A stretch of 64,000 nucleotides of DNA from Pseudomonadota bacterium (GCA_039026395.1 JBCCMK010000002.1:23168-87167); one strand, 5' to 3'. Shown: positions 45,935-56,078, counted from the first letter of the stretch. Numbers and translations are program-made. The notes: generated by a model not told the origin, from the letters alone.

Positions 45935-45953
45935 AGAACTCTCAGAGAGTTCT
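45935..45953. repeat. Perfect 19-bp palindrome AGAACTCTC-A-GAGAGTTCT upstream of ccmA
   Basis: Read directly. It lies 59-77 nt upstream of the ccmA start and has no trailing U-tract on the minus strand. Confidence 0.6.
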
Positions 45954-46056
45954 AAACGATCAAAAAAGTCCAAGCGATGGGAAAGATACCGCAGGCCATG
46001 CCCGGGTTGGGCAGGTGAATATCAATGCGTTTATCGTGGTTGAATTTGGTTGCCGA

Positions 46057-46407
46057 TCACGCTCGAGCCTTTCGCGCCGCGCGAAAGCTTTGAATGAAGG
46101 CGAAAAGCGCAAAGGCGGTCGTCGCTATCATTAGGACAGCGCGAACCATTGCGAGAACATCGCCGGACTGAAAGGCGCTCCGGAGCGGCATGAAAAGGGC
46201 AATCAGGATCATGGCCGTCAGAAGGACGGCGATATGCGCGATGACTTTGTTTTCGGCTTTGACCCCGCTGTAGCACGCGATCAAGGCAACCCCGACGATG
46301 CCTGGAATGAGGGGTGTCCAGTGACCGCCGGAGACGGCGAGGTAGGCCCAGGCCGAGCAGACAATGAGTGTGATCGCGTTGATCAGACTGGCGGTATGGG
46401 CCTTCAT
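46057..46407 (-). CDS. Small 4-TM membrane protein, function unknown
   Basis: 116 aa from ATG 46407 (GAGGAA RBS): MKAHTASLINAITLIVCSAWAYL…. Confidence 0.6.
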   Translation of the reverse strand: MKAHTASLINAITLIVCSAWAYLAVSGGHWTPLIPGIVGVALIACYSGVKAENKVIAHIAVLLTAMILIALFMPLRSAFQSGDVLAMVRAVLMIATTAFALFAFIQSFRAARKARA

Positions 46408-46640
46408 GGAGTTCCTCGTTTGGAGCCAATTGATTGATCCCACCCAATTGGATCATCGGCAGTGGAAATTCCAGCCAAAGAGTGACGAGAGTTAAGTTTT
46501 GGCGCGAGCACATTTGCCCTTCTGATCCTTGCGAATCGACGACCTTGATTTCCGCTGCTATCACGCTGAAAGCGAACTTGAGTTAGGGTCTTCGCGCGGG
46601 CGATTAGAACTGCGCCCTGCGATTTTTGGGGTGAGATGTC

Positions 46641-48800
46641 ATGGTGAAATGGCGGCTGATTTTGCTTTTCGTGTTTGCGGTCTTTTCGCCGGCCATCGCG
46701 CAAGTTCAAACTGAAACACCAAAACTCACCGCAGACCTCACCGATCAGCAGTTTCAAGAAATGCTCGGCCGTCTGAGCGATGAGCAGGTGCGCGACCTTT
46801 TGATTGCTGAGTTCGCGGCTAAGCGGGCTGAAGCACCCGAAACGACCGGCAGCTTGCTTGTCAGCGCGCAGAACACTGGTGATGCGCTCAGCACGAATAC
46901 TAAAAACCTGCTCGCGAAGTGGCCTGAACTCGGCGACGCCTTTGGTGCGGTCTGGTCTCGCCTCGACGCTGCAGGCGGCGTGGGCTTGTCTCTTTTTGCG
47001 CTCGCGTTGAGCTTTTTCGTTGGTTTCGCGGTGCGCTTCTTTTGGCGGCGAAAGGCTGCGGAACGACAGATCGTGCTTGCAGAGCGCAACGTCGGCAAAG
47101 GCGCCTACGGCACACTCGGCGTTATCGGGGATGCGGGCCTTTTTCTAATAATCGATCTTTCAAGTGTGGTCGCGTTTGCATTTTCCGCGATGGCGGCGCT
47201 CTACATTTTCTTTCCGAACGCGGATATCCGCGCCTTCGTCTCAGCCTATGTCGCGTTTGCAAGCGTGATCATGATCGTCTGGTCGTTCATCCAGTTGACG
47301 TTTCCCCAGGGCTATCCGGTCTACCGGTTGGTCGCGATCGGCGACCGCGCAAACCGCATCTTGCGATGGTTGATCTTGGGGCTTGCGGGTCTTTGGACGT
47401 TTGAAACCTACACCTCGCATCTCATGGATCGCTTCGGCGCACCTGACGGTACGCCGGAACTCTTCGGTCTTTTAATCGGTATCGTGTGGATCATCAGCGC
47501 GCTGATTGGCATTCGTGCGCTGCACGCGGAGACGGCAAACCTTTTGCCCGCCCGCTCAGAACCCGGATTTACCAACGCCTTCACGCGCATGTGGGCGCTG
47601 CTGCTCAGCATTGGCGCGATCTTGTTTTGGGCATTTTTCACTGGCGGAAGCCTCGTGAGCGGTGACGTCGACCGCATCGCATCGATGAACCTCAAACTGC
47701 TCCTTGTGGTGATGGGCTTTTGGTTGGGCTATCGGATCCTCGCCCACTATCTGCGCGCCCAGGAACTCGAAGACGCGGTGCGAGAAGTCATCAAAAGGAC
47801 AGCGCGCGCGGTCCTCGTTGCGTTGGGCGTGGTGATCGCCTTGTCAATCTGGGGGCTCGATCCGGCGACGCTGAGGGAAGGTGGCCCCGCTCAGCAATGG
47901 ATCCAGACCGTCGTCAATATCGGTCTGACCGCTCTGATCGGCTGGGCCGTTTGGGACTTTCTCAAGACCTTCATCGACATTCGCATCGCCGCTGAACAAC
48001 CAGAAGAGCATGAAGATGAAGGCTCAGACGGGGAGGGCGGCCTTGGCGCGAGCCGAGCGGCGACGCTTCTCCCGCTGCTCCGCTCATTTGCGCTCGCTGC
48101 GATCGGTCTCACCTGCGTTTTCGCGGGGCTCTCCAGCATGGGCGTCAATGTCGCGCCTCTGATCGCGGGTGCCGGCGTCGTGGGCCTCGCAATCGGCTTC
48201 GGTGCGCAAACGCTTGTGAAGGACATCGTGTCGGGTGTGTTCTTCCTGATCGATGACGCCTTCCGGCGCGGCGAGTACATCGACCTTGGCTCGGTGAAGG
48301 GCACCGTTGAGCGGATTTCGGTGAGGAGCCTTCAATTGCGCCACCATTTGGGCGCGGTTCACACGATCCCGTTCGGCGATATCGCGGCACTCACCAATTA
48401 CTCGCGCGACTGGGTGATTATGAAGCTACCGCTGCGCCTGACGTTTGATACCGATCCAAAGATGGTGAAACGGATCGTCAAACGCATCGGCGCGGAATTG
48501 ATGACCGATGAACTGGTCGGTGGCGGTCTTTTGGAACCACCCAAATCCCAAGGGGTCGTTCAAATGGAGGATTCAGCGATGATCCTCCGGGTAAAATTCA
48601 AAGCGATCCCCGGAAAGCAGTTCACAATCCGGCGTGAACTGCTTCACCGTATCCGAGCGGCATTTGAAGAGGCCGGTATTCGGTTTGCGAACCGCGAGGT
48701 CACTGTACGGGTCAATGAGGACGCAACGAACGCGGAACGCCGCGAAGCCGTAAGCGCCGCCGCGTCGCGTGCTGTTGAGGCCGAACAACCTGCGACGTGA
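46641..48800 (+). CDS. Mechanosensitive ion channel, MscS family (large MscK-like form)
   Basis: 719 aa with a signal peptide and multiple TM helices. The MscS core is …VKDIVSGVFFLIDDAFRRGEYIDLGSVKGTVERISVRS. Confidence 0.85.
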   Translation: MVKWRLILLFVFAVFSPAIAQVQTETPKLTADLTDQQFQEMLGRLSDEQVRDLLIAEFAAKRAEAPETTGSLLVSAQNTGDALSTNTKNLLAKWPELGDAFGAVWSRLDAAGGVGLSLFALALSFFVGFAVRFFWRRKAAERQIVLAERNVGKGAYGTLGVIGDAGLFLIIDLSSVVAFAFSAMAALYIFFPNADIRAFVSAYVAFASVIMIVWSFIQLTFPQGYPVYRLVAIGDRANRILRWLILGLAGLWTFETYTSHLMDRFGAPDGTPELFGLLIGIVWIISALIGIRALHAETANLLPARSEPGFTNAFTRMWALLLSIGAILFWAFFTGGSLVSGDVDRIASMNLKLLLVVMGFWLGYRILAHYLRAQELEDAVREVIKRTARAVLVALGVVIALSIWGLDPATLREGGPAQQWIQTVVNIGLTALIGWAVWDFLKTFIDIRIAAEQPEEHEDEGSDGEGGLGASRAATLLPLLRSFALAAIGLTCVFAGLSSMGVNVAPLIAGAGVVGLAIGFGAQTLVKDIVSGVFFLIDDAFRRGEYIDLGSVKGTVERISVRSLQLRHHLGAVHTIPFGDIAALTNYSRDWVIMKLPLRLTFDTDPKMVKRIVKRIGAELMTDELVGGGLLEPPKSQGVVQMEDSAMILRVKFKAIPGKQFTIRRELLHRIRAAFEEAGIRFANREVTVRVNEDATNAERREAVSAAASRAVEAEQPAT

Positions 48801-48816
48801 GTTGCGAACTCGCTGC

Positions 48817-49644
48817 TCACTCGGAGCCAAGATCGATGGGCACGAAGTGATAGGTCTCGCCGCTGGAGATAACCGATCCGACGCCCGGAAAATCGAGATG
48901 TGAGCCTGCGATATAGGTCTTCGGCTTGGATACACGCCGAAGCATGTCAATTCGCGTCGCGCGGGCAACATCTTGGTCCGCGTCGAACTCCCAGGTGAGG
49001 TGCGGTTTAGCAAACTGAACGGACGGGACATGAACGATGTCGCCCCAGATGAGGAGCGTCGATCCCGCGTCCTTCACCTCAAAGGCCGTATGCCCCACCT
49101 CGTGCCCCCCCGGAGTAGCAACGGCGACGATACAATCGCTAAGACGAAAACCGTCCTCCAGCGGGGTGCACCGATCGTGGAACCGCTTCAGGGACGGGAA
49201 TTGTCGGAAAAGATCGATCTCTTTGGCGGGGACGAGAAGCCTTTTCAGGTTTGGAAACCCGTCATTCCCATCGGGCGCAACTAAGCCGAAGACGTGATCC
49301 TCATGGGTGTGCGTGAGCGCCACGGTGGTGATGGAACCCCGTGCGATACCGGCTTCATCCAGTGCATCAAACAGGCGTCCCATGGTCGGTAACCACGCAT
49401 TGGAGGCGCCCGTGTCGATCAAGGTGAAATCGTCACCAACCCTCACCAGAAACGCGTTGACGGAGAGACGAAGTTTGCCGTCGAAAAGGGGGATCTCCGG
49501 CGGCAGATCGTCGGCAAAAACGGCATTACCTGGTTTTCGAAGCCGCGTTGTCGGGCCGTCGAGATGGCCGTCCGAGAGCGCGACGATCTCGATATCGCCC
49601 ATGGTGAAGCGCGCGAAATATTGGCCAGTCTCTACGCACTGCAT
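48817..49644 (-). CDS. MBL-fold metallo-hydrolase
   Basis: LTHTHEDH (HxHxDH) motif and downstream His/Asp ligands; 275 aa. Confidence 0.85.
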   Translation of the reverse strand: MQCVETGQYFARFTMGDIEIVALSDGHLDGPTTRLRKPGNAVFADDLPPEIPLFDGKLRLSVNAFLVRVGDDFTLIDTGASNAWLPTMGRLFDALDEAGIARGSITTVALTHTHEDHVFGLVAPDGNDGFPNLKRLLVPAKEIDLFRQFPSLKRFHDRCTPLEDGFRLSDCIVAVATPGGHEVGHTAFEVKDAGSTLLIWGDIVHVPSVQFAKPHLTWEFDADQDVARATRIDMLRRVSKPKTYIAGSHLDFPGVGSVISSGETYHFVPIDLGSE

Positions 49645-49668
49645 GTTATGCTCATCACCCCCACTTCG

Positions 49669-50550
49669 CTAGCGGCTGAGATTGCTCACGAGGCTAAACA
49701 CAGAACTTTCGCCTCCGGTTTGCAAGCTCCCAGGTTGCAGTGTCGCGGCGACGCGTCCAGCCAGTCGACCAAAGGGCAGGCTTTGAAGCCAGACTTTCCC
49801 TGGACCCCGCAGCTGAGCGAAGAAAAAGCCCTCGCCGCCGAAGACCATGGATTTCACGGAACCAGCGCGGACGATGTCGTACTGAATGCTCTGAGAGAGC
49901 GCAACGATACAGCCCGTATCCACGTCCAAGACGTCGCCATGGTCGAGGGTTTTCTCAATCACCGTGCCACCCGCGTGCACGAAAACCCAGCCATCGCCTT
50001 CGAGCTTCTGCATGATGAAGCCTTCACCGCCGAAGAGCCCGGTCATGATGTTGCGTTGAAATTCAACGCCGATCGAAACGCCCTTCGCGGCGCACAGGAA
50101 CGCGTCCTTCTGGCAAACGATCTTGTTGTCGTGTTCGTCGAGGCGGAGCGGGATGATGTGTCCGGGATAGGGTGAAGCAAACGCGACGCGGGCCTTACCG
50201 TGTCCGTCATGGGTGAAGACTGTTGTGAAGAGACTTTCACCAGTGATGAGGCGCTTTCCTGCGCCCACCATTTTGTCGAAGAGCCCTGCGTTTTCCTGCG
50301 CATGCGAGCCGTCGCCGAAAACTGTTTCCATCGAGACGGATGATGGTTTGAACATCATGGCACCGGCTTCTGCGACCGCCGACTCGCCGGGATCGAGTTC
50401 GATCTCGACGAACTGCATCTCAGATCCCTTGATCTCGAACTCAATGTCATCGGAGAGACTTGGCTCTCGCTCATGTCGCACGATTGGGATCTCAGGCACC
50501 GCTGATGCGGCGGTAAAGGTCGAGACGCGGCGTCCAAATGGTTTCGTCAT
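49669..50550 (-). CDS. AIM24/TIGR00266 (DUF124) family protein
   Basis: …MQFVEIELDPGESAVAEAGAMMF… and …GGEGFIMQKLEGDG… motifs. ATG 50550 with a GGGGAG RBS preferred over TTG 50574. Confidence 0.85.
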   Translation of the reverse strand: MTKPFGRRVSTFTAASAVPEIPIVRHEREPSLSDDIEFEIKGSEMQFVEIELDPGESAVAEAGAMMFKPSSVSMETVFGDGSHAQENAGLFDKMVGAGKRLITGESLFTTVFTHDGHGKARVAFASPYPGHIIPLRLDEHDNKIVCQKDAFLCAAKGVSIGVEFQRNIMTGLFGGEGFIMQKLEGDGWVFVHAGGTVIEKTLDHGDVLDVDTGCIVALSQSIQYDIVRAGSVKSMVFGGEGFFFAQLRGPGKVWLQSLPFGRLAGRVAATLQPGSLQTGGESSVFSLVSNLSR

Positions 50551-50741
50551 GTGCGTGAGCTCCCCAGCTTGCAAATCCTAGGTCGAGCATATGCGCCGCC
50601 GGTTAAATCGCGGCTAATCCAGACATTCGAATTGGCTCGATTGGCGCTGGTCGTCTATGGCCTTTCGTCGTTCTCGCTATCGCGGTTAAGTTCCTGTAGC
50701 GGAGGCGAGCCCCTGCCAGTTCACTGGGCGGGGGAGCCATC

Positions 50742-51632
50742 TTGGAGCCTTTCTTGGTCGCCACTTTTCTCCTTCCCGGCCTCTTCGTGTTTCTGTGGTC
50801 GACCGGTTTTATCGGGGCTACCTTCGCAGACCCGTATGCGGAGCCGCTCACCACCCTCACACTGCGTTTTATGCTTGCGGTTTTGGTCTTTGCCGCTTGG
50901 GTCATTGCCGCGCGTGCGCCATGGCCGAACAGGCGGGTTGCCCTGCAATGTTTCGCGATCGGCGCGCTCCTCCATGGTATCTATCTGGGAGGGGTTTTCG
51001 TCGCGATCGATATGGGCTTGCCCTCTGGCCCATCGGCCATGATTGTCTCAATCCAGCCAATCCTGACGGCCCTTTTCGCAGTCCCCTTTGCCAGTGAGCG
51101 ACTAACGATCACCCAGTGGATCGGCATCATTGCTGGGTTTTTCGGCGTTCTCCTGGTGCTGCTACCAAAGCTCTCTGGCCCAGACACTTGGCCGCTGATC
51201 GGGATCCTATTCAATGTGGGCGCGCTGATTGGGATCACGCTTGCGAGCCCCTGGCAAAAGCGCATCGGTGCAAGCGTTGACCCACGCACGGGGGGCGTTC
51301 TTCAATATCTGGGTGGTTTCGCGGTCGTCGTGCCATTCGCGCTCTGGTTTGAGACGAACGCAATCCAGTGGACGCCTGAATTCGTGTTCGCGATCTTTTG
51401 GATGGTTTTCGTCCTCTCGCTCGGGGCTGTCTCCTTACTCATGCATCTGATCGCGAGTGGCGCGCTCGTAAAAACGATTTCCACCATGTATTTGGTGCCC
51501 GCCGTGACCGCGATCATCGCGTTTTTTGCCTTCAATGAGACGCTGTCGCCGGTGCAAATCTTTGGCTTTGTGGTCTCGGCTGCAGGTGTTGCTTTGGTCG
51601 CAGCCCGTGGCCGAACCGCAAATCAGGGATAG
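50742..51632 (+). CDS. EamA/DMT-superfamily permease
   Basis: 296 aa, 10 TM helices, TTG start with a GGGGAG RBS. Confidence 0.85.
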   Translation: MEPFLVATFLLPGLFVFLWSTGFIGATFADPYAEPLTTLTLRFMLAVLVFAAWVIAARAPWPNRRVALQCFAIGALLHGIYLGGVFVAIDMGLPSGPSAMIVSIQPILTALFAVPFASERLTITQWIGIIAGFFGVLLVLLPKLSGPDTWPLIGILFNVGALIGITLASPWQKRIGASVDPRTGGVLQYLGGFAVVVPFALWFETNAIQWTPEFVFAIFWMVFVLSLGAVSLLMHLIASGALVKTISTMYLVPAVTAIIAFFAFNETLSPVQIFGFVVSAAGVALVAARGRTANQG

Positions 51633-51708
51633 ATTTTCGACAAGACCTCTCTATGTTGCGCTGCAACCTGAAGAGATTGTCGCCCTTAGATCATTGGGAG
51701 ATCATAGT

Positions 51709-53394
51709 ATGAGTGCCGTCCACGAATTTGCATTTCAACCGTCAGAAAGCGACTTGATCGCCGACCTGCGTGTGGCGTCTGAAGCTGTATCGACCGTGGT
51801 TGAAGTGGCAAAAGCCGGGGTTCGGCAGCGCAATCTCGACGACGAAAAGCTCTCAGCCGCATCGCTTGAACGCGATCAGCACGCCGTGCACGGTCTCGCC
51901 TGGCTCTCAACCTATGGCGAAGCGATCCGTGAAACGGCAGACTATGCCGCGCGCCTCCAGGAGGCTGGCCGCCTCGGTGAAATCGAGACACTCCTCGTCA
52001 AAATTGGCGTCGGTGAATACCTGGCCCATATCGTCGGCGGCATCCCGATGAGCCAGGGTGAGTATGTTCGCCTCCATGAGCTCGGCCTCGACGATTCCGA
52101 CACCGCACCGCTTGACGGCTCAGTCATCCACCGCTTGATCCGCGAGGGCTCAACGCCGGAAAACCGCGCGCGCCTCGTCGAGCTCATGCCGTCGCGCGAA
52201 GCGTCCTCGACGCTTGAAGATTGCGGTCTGGACGACATGCTCGAGCAGATTCGCGAGGAAATGCGCCGCTTCAATGAAGCTGAAGTCCTACCCCACGCCC
52301 ACGAATGGCACCTCCAAAACGACTACATCCCGATGGATGTGATTGAGAAAATGTCGGAACTCGGCGTTTTTGGCCTCACGATCCCGGAAGACTTTGGTGG
52401 CATGGGCCTCGGCAAGGAATCCATGTGCGTCGTTTCAGAAGAGCTCTCACGCGGGTATATCGGGGTGGGATCGCTCGGTACGCGCTCCGAGATCGCGGCC
52501 GAACTGATCCTGTGCGGCGGCACGGACGAGCAGAAATCCGAATGGCTGCCAAAGCTTGCCTCCGGCGAAACGCTGCCGACCGCGGTCTTCACGGAGCCGA
52601 ACACCGGTTCAGACCTCGCCTCTCTCAAAACGCGCGCGGTGAAGGACGGCGAGACCTACACGATCTCGGGCAACAAGACCTGGATCACCCACCCGGTCCG
52701 CGCCGACATCATGACAGTGCTTGCCCGCACGAACCCGGATGAGGCGGGCTATCGCGGGCTTTCCATGTTCATCGCCGAAAAGCCGCGCGGCTCTGATGAG
52801 GAGCCGTTCCCCCATCCGGCGATGTCCGGCGGCGAAATCGAGGTGCTCGGCTATCGCGGCATGAAAGAGTACGAGATCGCCTTTGACGGGTTTGAGGTTC
52901 CGGCCAAGAACCTTCTGGGCGAAGCGGAAGGCCAGGGCTTTAAGCAGCTCATGCAGACCTTTGAGAGCGCGCGCATCCAGACCGCCGCGCGGGCGGTTGG
53001 CGTCGCGCAATCCGCGCTCGATCTCGGCTATCGCTACGCGAACGAGCGGGTCCAGTTCGGCAAGCCGCTGATCGCGTTCCCGCGCATCGCCGACAAGCTC
53101 GCCCTCATGGCGGCTGAGATCATGATCGTGCGCCAACTCACCTACTTCTCCGCGCGCGAGAAGGATCAGGACCGGCGCTGTGACGTGGAAGCCGGAATGG
53201 CGAAGCTTCTGGGCGCGCGGGTCGCATGGTCAGCGGCGGATAACGCGCTTCAGATCCACGGTGGAAATGGCTTTGCGCTCGAGTATGCCATAAGCCGCGT
53301 TCTTTGCGACGCCCGCATCCTCAACATCTTTGAGGGCGCCGCCGAAATCCAGGCGCAAGTCATCGCAAGACGTCTTCTCGATCAGGTGAAGTAG
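51709..53394 (+). CDS. Acyl-CoA dehydrogenase with an extended N-terminal domain
   Basis: 561 aa from ATG 51709 (GGGAG RBS); ACAD motifs …TEPNTGSDLASL…, …GGNGF…. The track ORF is extended 5' into the preceding gene. Confidence 0.9.
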   Translation: MSAVHEFAFQPSESDLIADLRVASEAVSTVVEVAKAGVRQRNLDDEKLSAASLERDQHAVHGLAWLSTYGEAIRETADYAARLQEAGRLGEIETLLVKIGVGEYLAHIVGGIPMSQGEYVRLHELGLDDSDTAPLDGSVIHRLIREGSTPENRARLVELMPSREASSTLEDCGLDDMLEQIREEMRRFNEAEVLPHAHEWHLQNDYIPMDVIEKMSELGVFGLTIPEDFGGMGLGKESMCVVSEELSRGYIGVGSLGTRSEIAAELILCGGTDEQKSEWLPKLASGETLPTAVFTEPNTGSDLASLKTRAVKDGETYTISGNKTWITHPVRADIMTVLARTNPDEAGYRGLSMFIAEKPRGSDEEPFPHPAMSGGEIEVLGYRGMKEYEIAFDGFEVPAKNLLGEAEGQGFKQLMQTFESARIQTAARAVGVAQSALDLGYRYANERVQFGKPLIAFPRIADKLALMAAEIMIVRQLTYFSAREKDQDRRCDVEAGMAKLLGARVAWSAADNALQIHGGNGFALEYAISRVLCDARILNIFEGAAEIQAQVIARRLLDQVK

Positions 53395-53452
53395 TCTAGG
53401 GTCCTGATCCTAGCTGCTTTCAACGCCCGAGAATTTTGCTACCGTCCAGAAT

Positions 53453-54478
53453 ATGGACGGTCAGTTTGCCCGCGCAAAATCGCTCAATGTGTACACCATC
53501 CCGGCGCTCACCCTCGTCGTCGGGGTTGGAGTGTATTTCTTGCTTTTTCAAATCGTCGTTGCGCCGTTCCACCCATCGACCGACATGCTCGCGCGCTCCG
53601 CGCCCGCCTTTGTCGTCGGGGCTGGCGCGCCGGTGACCGAAGTCGCGGCCAAGCGCATGACCGCGCTCTATGCGCTCGCGATCCCGACGATCCTGATGGC
53701 TCTGTCAGCGCTCGCGCTCGCGGTTGTCGCGTTCTCGATCGTCTTAAAACCCTATGGTCGCGGTGCGCAGCTTCTAGGCGTGGCCGCGATCCCGGTCGGC
53801 GGCCTCATCGGCTTTGTGGAGCAATATGCAAACCCGATCCGGCACCTCGTTGCCGACTGCAGGCCCGGATCAGCGCCGATCTGCCCGCTTGATCAGGCCG
53901 TTGCCATGGGAGGCTCGCCGCCGCTCCTGCGCGCCGAGGATCTGGATCACATCCAATGGCTGGTTTCGCTGAATTCCGTGGTCAGCGTTGCCGCTCTTTG
54001 CCTGATTGGCGCCTGCGTCCTCGTCCTTTCGCGCAGCGTCGACCCCGCGACGGTTTTAATCGCTGAGATGAAGGCGAGGCGCGCAGGGCTTGAAGGGCTC
54101 CTTTTGGTGCTTGCGCCCGTCCTCGTCTTTTCCGTCTCCACCACCCACGGCTTTCACCATTTGGCTGCTGCCATGATGGCCGAGCCGGATGCGACCGCCT
54201 ACAATTCGCTCGCCTCCACTGGCACGCAATATTGGGGCGCGGTCTACACGATCATCATTATCGTCGTGGCGTTCCCAGCCGTGCTCTCAGTCACGCGTGA
54301 CGCCAAACTTGTCGCCGCAGATCGGCTGCCGGACGCCGACTTCGCCGCACGTCAGGAATGGCGAAAGAAGATGGGTATCGAGTTTGCGTTCCGCGAACGG
54401 GTCGGGGTGCTGCTTGCGGCGATCGCGCCGGTCCTCACATCACCAGCGTTGGACGCCCTGCGGGGCTTTGCCGGCTGA
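53453..54478 (+). CDS. Hypothetical polytopic membrane protein
   Basis: 341 aa, about 7-8 predicted TM helices. No family recognised. Confidence 0.6.
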   Translation: MDGQFARAKSLNVYTIPALTLVVGVGVYFLLFQIVVAPFHPSTDMLARSAPAFVVGAGAPVTEVAAKRMTALYALAIPTILMALSALALAVVAFSIVLKPYGRGAQLLGVAAIPVGGLIGFVEQYANPIRHLVADCRPGSAPICPLDQAVAMGGSPPLLRAEDLDHIQWLVSLNSVVSVAALCLIGACVLVLSRSVDPATVLIAEMKARRAGLEGLLLVLAPVLVFSVSTTHGFHHLAAAMMAEPDATAYNSLASTGTQYWGAVYTIIIIVVAFPAVLSVTRDAKLVAADRLPDADFAARQEWRKKMGIEFAFRERVGVLLAAIAPVLTSPALDALRGFAG

Positions 54479-54526
54479 CCTCGCGCAGGGCCATTTTGCA
54501 GTGGCCCCCAGTCTAACGGAAGCGAT

Positions 54527-54748
54527 CTATTCTTCGATCGGCGTGAAGCGTGGAACGACGCCGTAGCCCGGAACATCGACATTCTCAAAGAACATGGACC
54601 GCGGTCGGACCCAACGCGGATGCGGCGGCTCGACGGCGACATAGACGACCATCGGCTCATGGTTTTCTGTGTGGGTGACCTCGAACAGAAAACGATAGAG
54701 GCCGCCTTTGTAGTGCCTGTAAAGCTGACCCAGCGGGGGATTAGCCAT
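54527..54748 (-). CDS. DUF1653 domain protein
   Basis: 73 aa; YRHYKGGLYRF…V.YV…….WVRP..MF is the DUF1653 signature. The start overlaps the ugd 3' end by 8 nt. Confidence 0.8.
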   Translation of the reverse strand: MANPPLGQLYRHYKGGLYRFLFEVTHTENHEPMVVYVAVEPPHPRWVRPRSMFFENVDVPGYGVVPRFTPIEE

Positions 54749-56078
54749 TCACGACCTGCTCGAGCATCCGCTCCTCTCCGCCGCGCCCAATAGAGACATA
54801 GTGGAAGCCTTTGTCGGCCACTTCATCGGGGCGGTAGACATTGCGGAGATCGACAAGGATCTGATCGGTCATGATCTCTTTGAGCGCTGCGAAATCGAGC
54901 GCGCGGAACATGTTCCACTCGGTGAGAATGACGACCGCGTCGGCGCCTTCCGCCGCTTCATAGGCTGACTTGCACCAGGTTACGCCCGTGAGGTGGTGCT
55001 TGGCAGGCTCCATCGCTTCTGGATCAAAGGCACGAACCGTCACGCCAGCCTTTTGCAGATGCGGGATAATGGTGAGGCTCGGCGCTTCGCGGACATCGTC
55101 GGTATTGGGTTTGAACGCGATACCGAGGATAGCGACCGTTTTCCCGTCCGTCGCGCCAAGGGCGTCCAGGACTTTTTCCGCCATTTCGTGCTTGCGGGTC
55201 TCATTGACCTCAATGACTTGCTCGATCAGTCGTTGTGGTGCGCCGAAGCGCTCGCCGGTCGCGGCAAACGCGCGGGTGTCTTTTGGAAAGCACGAGCCAC
55301 CAAAGCCCGGCCCGGCATGGAGGAATTTACCGCCGATCCGGCCATCGAGCCCGATGGCCTTTGCGACTTCTTGGACATTGCCGCCGGTTTTTTCGCACAG
55401 ATTTGAGACCTCGTTGATGAAGGTGATCTTCATCGCGAGGAAGGCGTTGGCGGCGTATTTGATCAGTTCGGCGTTCTCAAGGGTTGAGACGACCAGCGGC
55501 GTCTCGCGGATGTTCAAAGGCCGATAAAGCTGGCGCATCACGTCTTCGCCGCGCTCATCATGAACGCCGACAACGACGCGGTCCGGCCGCATAAAGTCCT
55601 CGATCGCTGATCCTTCGCGCAGAAATTCAGGGTTCGAGACGACCGAAAAATCGAGATCTGGCCGCTCATTGCGGATGATGCCCTGTACCTTGCGGTTCGT
55701 GCCGACGACCACGGTTGATTTCGTCACGACCACGGCGCCGTGTTTCAAGTGTTTGGCCACTTCGCGCGCGGCAGAAAAGACGTATGAAAGATCAGCTTCG
55801 CCATCGCCGCGCCGGGATGGCGTCCCCACCGCGATGAAGATGACGTCGGCATCTTTCGCCGCGGTCGCAAGATCGGTCGAGAACGACAGCTGACCCGCTT
55901 TGACGTTGCGGTTCATCATGTCGGTCAGGCCGGGTTCGTAGATTGGCACATCGCCGCCATTCAACATGGCGATCTTGTCTGCATCCACGTCAACGCAGGT
56001 TACGGTGAAGCCGAATTCAGAAAAGCAGACGCCGGACACGAGACCGACATATCCTGATCCGATCATTACGAGTTTCAT
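54741..56078 (-). CDS. ugd: UDP-glucose 6-dehydrogenase
   Basis: MKLVMIGSGYVGLVSG Rossmann motif and catalytic …GGSCFPKD. ATG 56078 with a GGGGAGA RBS; the track start at 56189 would overlap galU. Confidence 0.95.
   Translation of the reverse strand: MKLVMIGSGYVGLVSGVCFSEFGFTVTCVDVDADKIAMLNGGDVPIYEPGLTDMMNRNVKAGQLSFSTDLATAAKDADVIFIAVGTPSRRGDGEADLSYVFSAAREVAKHLKHGAVVVTKSTVVVGTNRKVQGIIRNERPDLDFSVVSNPEFLREGSAIEDFMRPDRVVVGVHDERGEDVMRQLYRPLNIRETPLVVSTLENAELIKYAANAFLAMKITFINEVSNLCEKTGGNVQEVAKAIGLDGRIGGKFLHAGPGFGGSCFPKDTRAFAATGERFGAPQRLIEQVIEVNETRKHEMAEKVLDALGATDGKTVAILGIAFKPNTDDVREAPSLTIIPHLQKAGVTVRAFDPEAMEPAKHHLTGVTWCKSAYEAAEGADAVVILTEWNMFRALDFAALKEIMTDQILVDLRNVYRPDEVADKGFHYVSIGRGGEERMLEQVVNG

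Noticed and set aside
51526-51708. 5' extensions of track ORFs (51526 for the acyl-CoA dehydrogenase, 56189 for ugd, 33669 (+) for the SDR, 17448 for purK, 62044 for fdxA)
   Set aside because: The extensions overlap neighbouring genes and lack conservation-like sequence. Internal ATGs with good RBSs give the canonical N-termini.
54489-54508. Hairpin GGGCCA-TTTTGCAG-TGGCCC between the convergent membrane-protein and DUF1653 genes
   Set aside because: There is no U-tract on either strand, so it is too weak to call a terminator.
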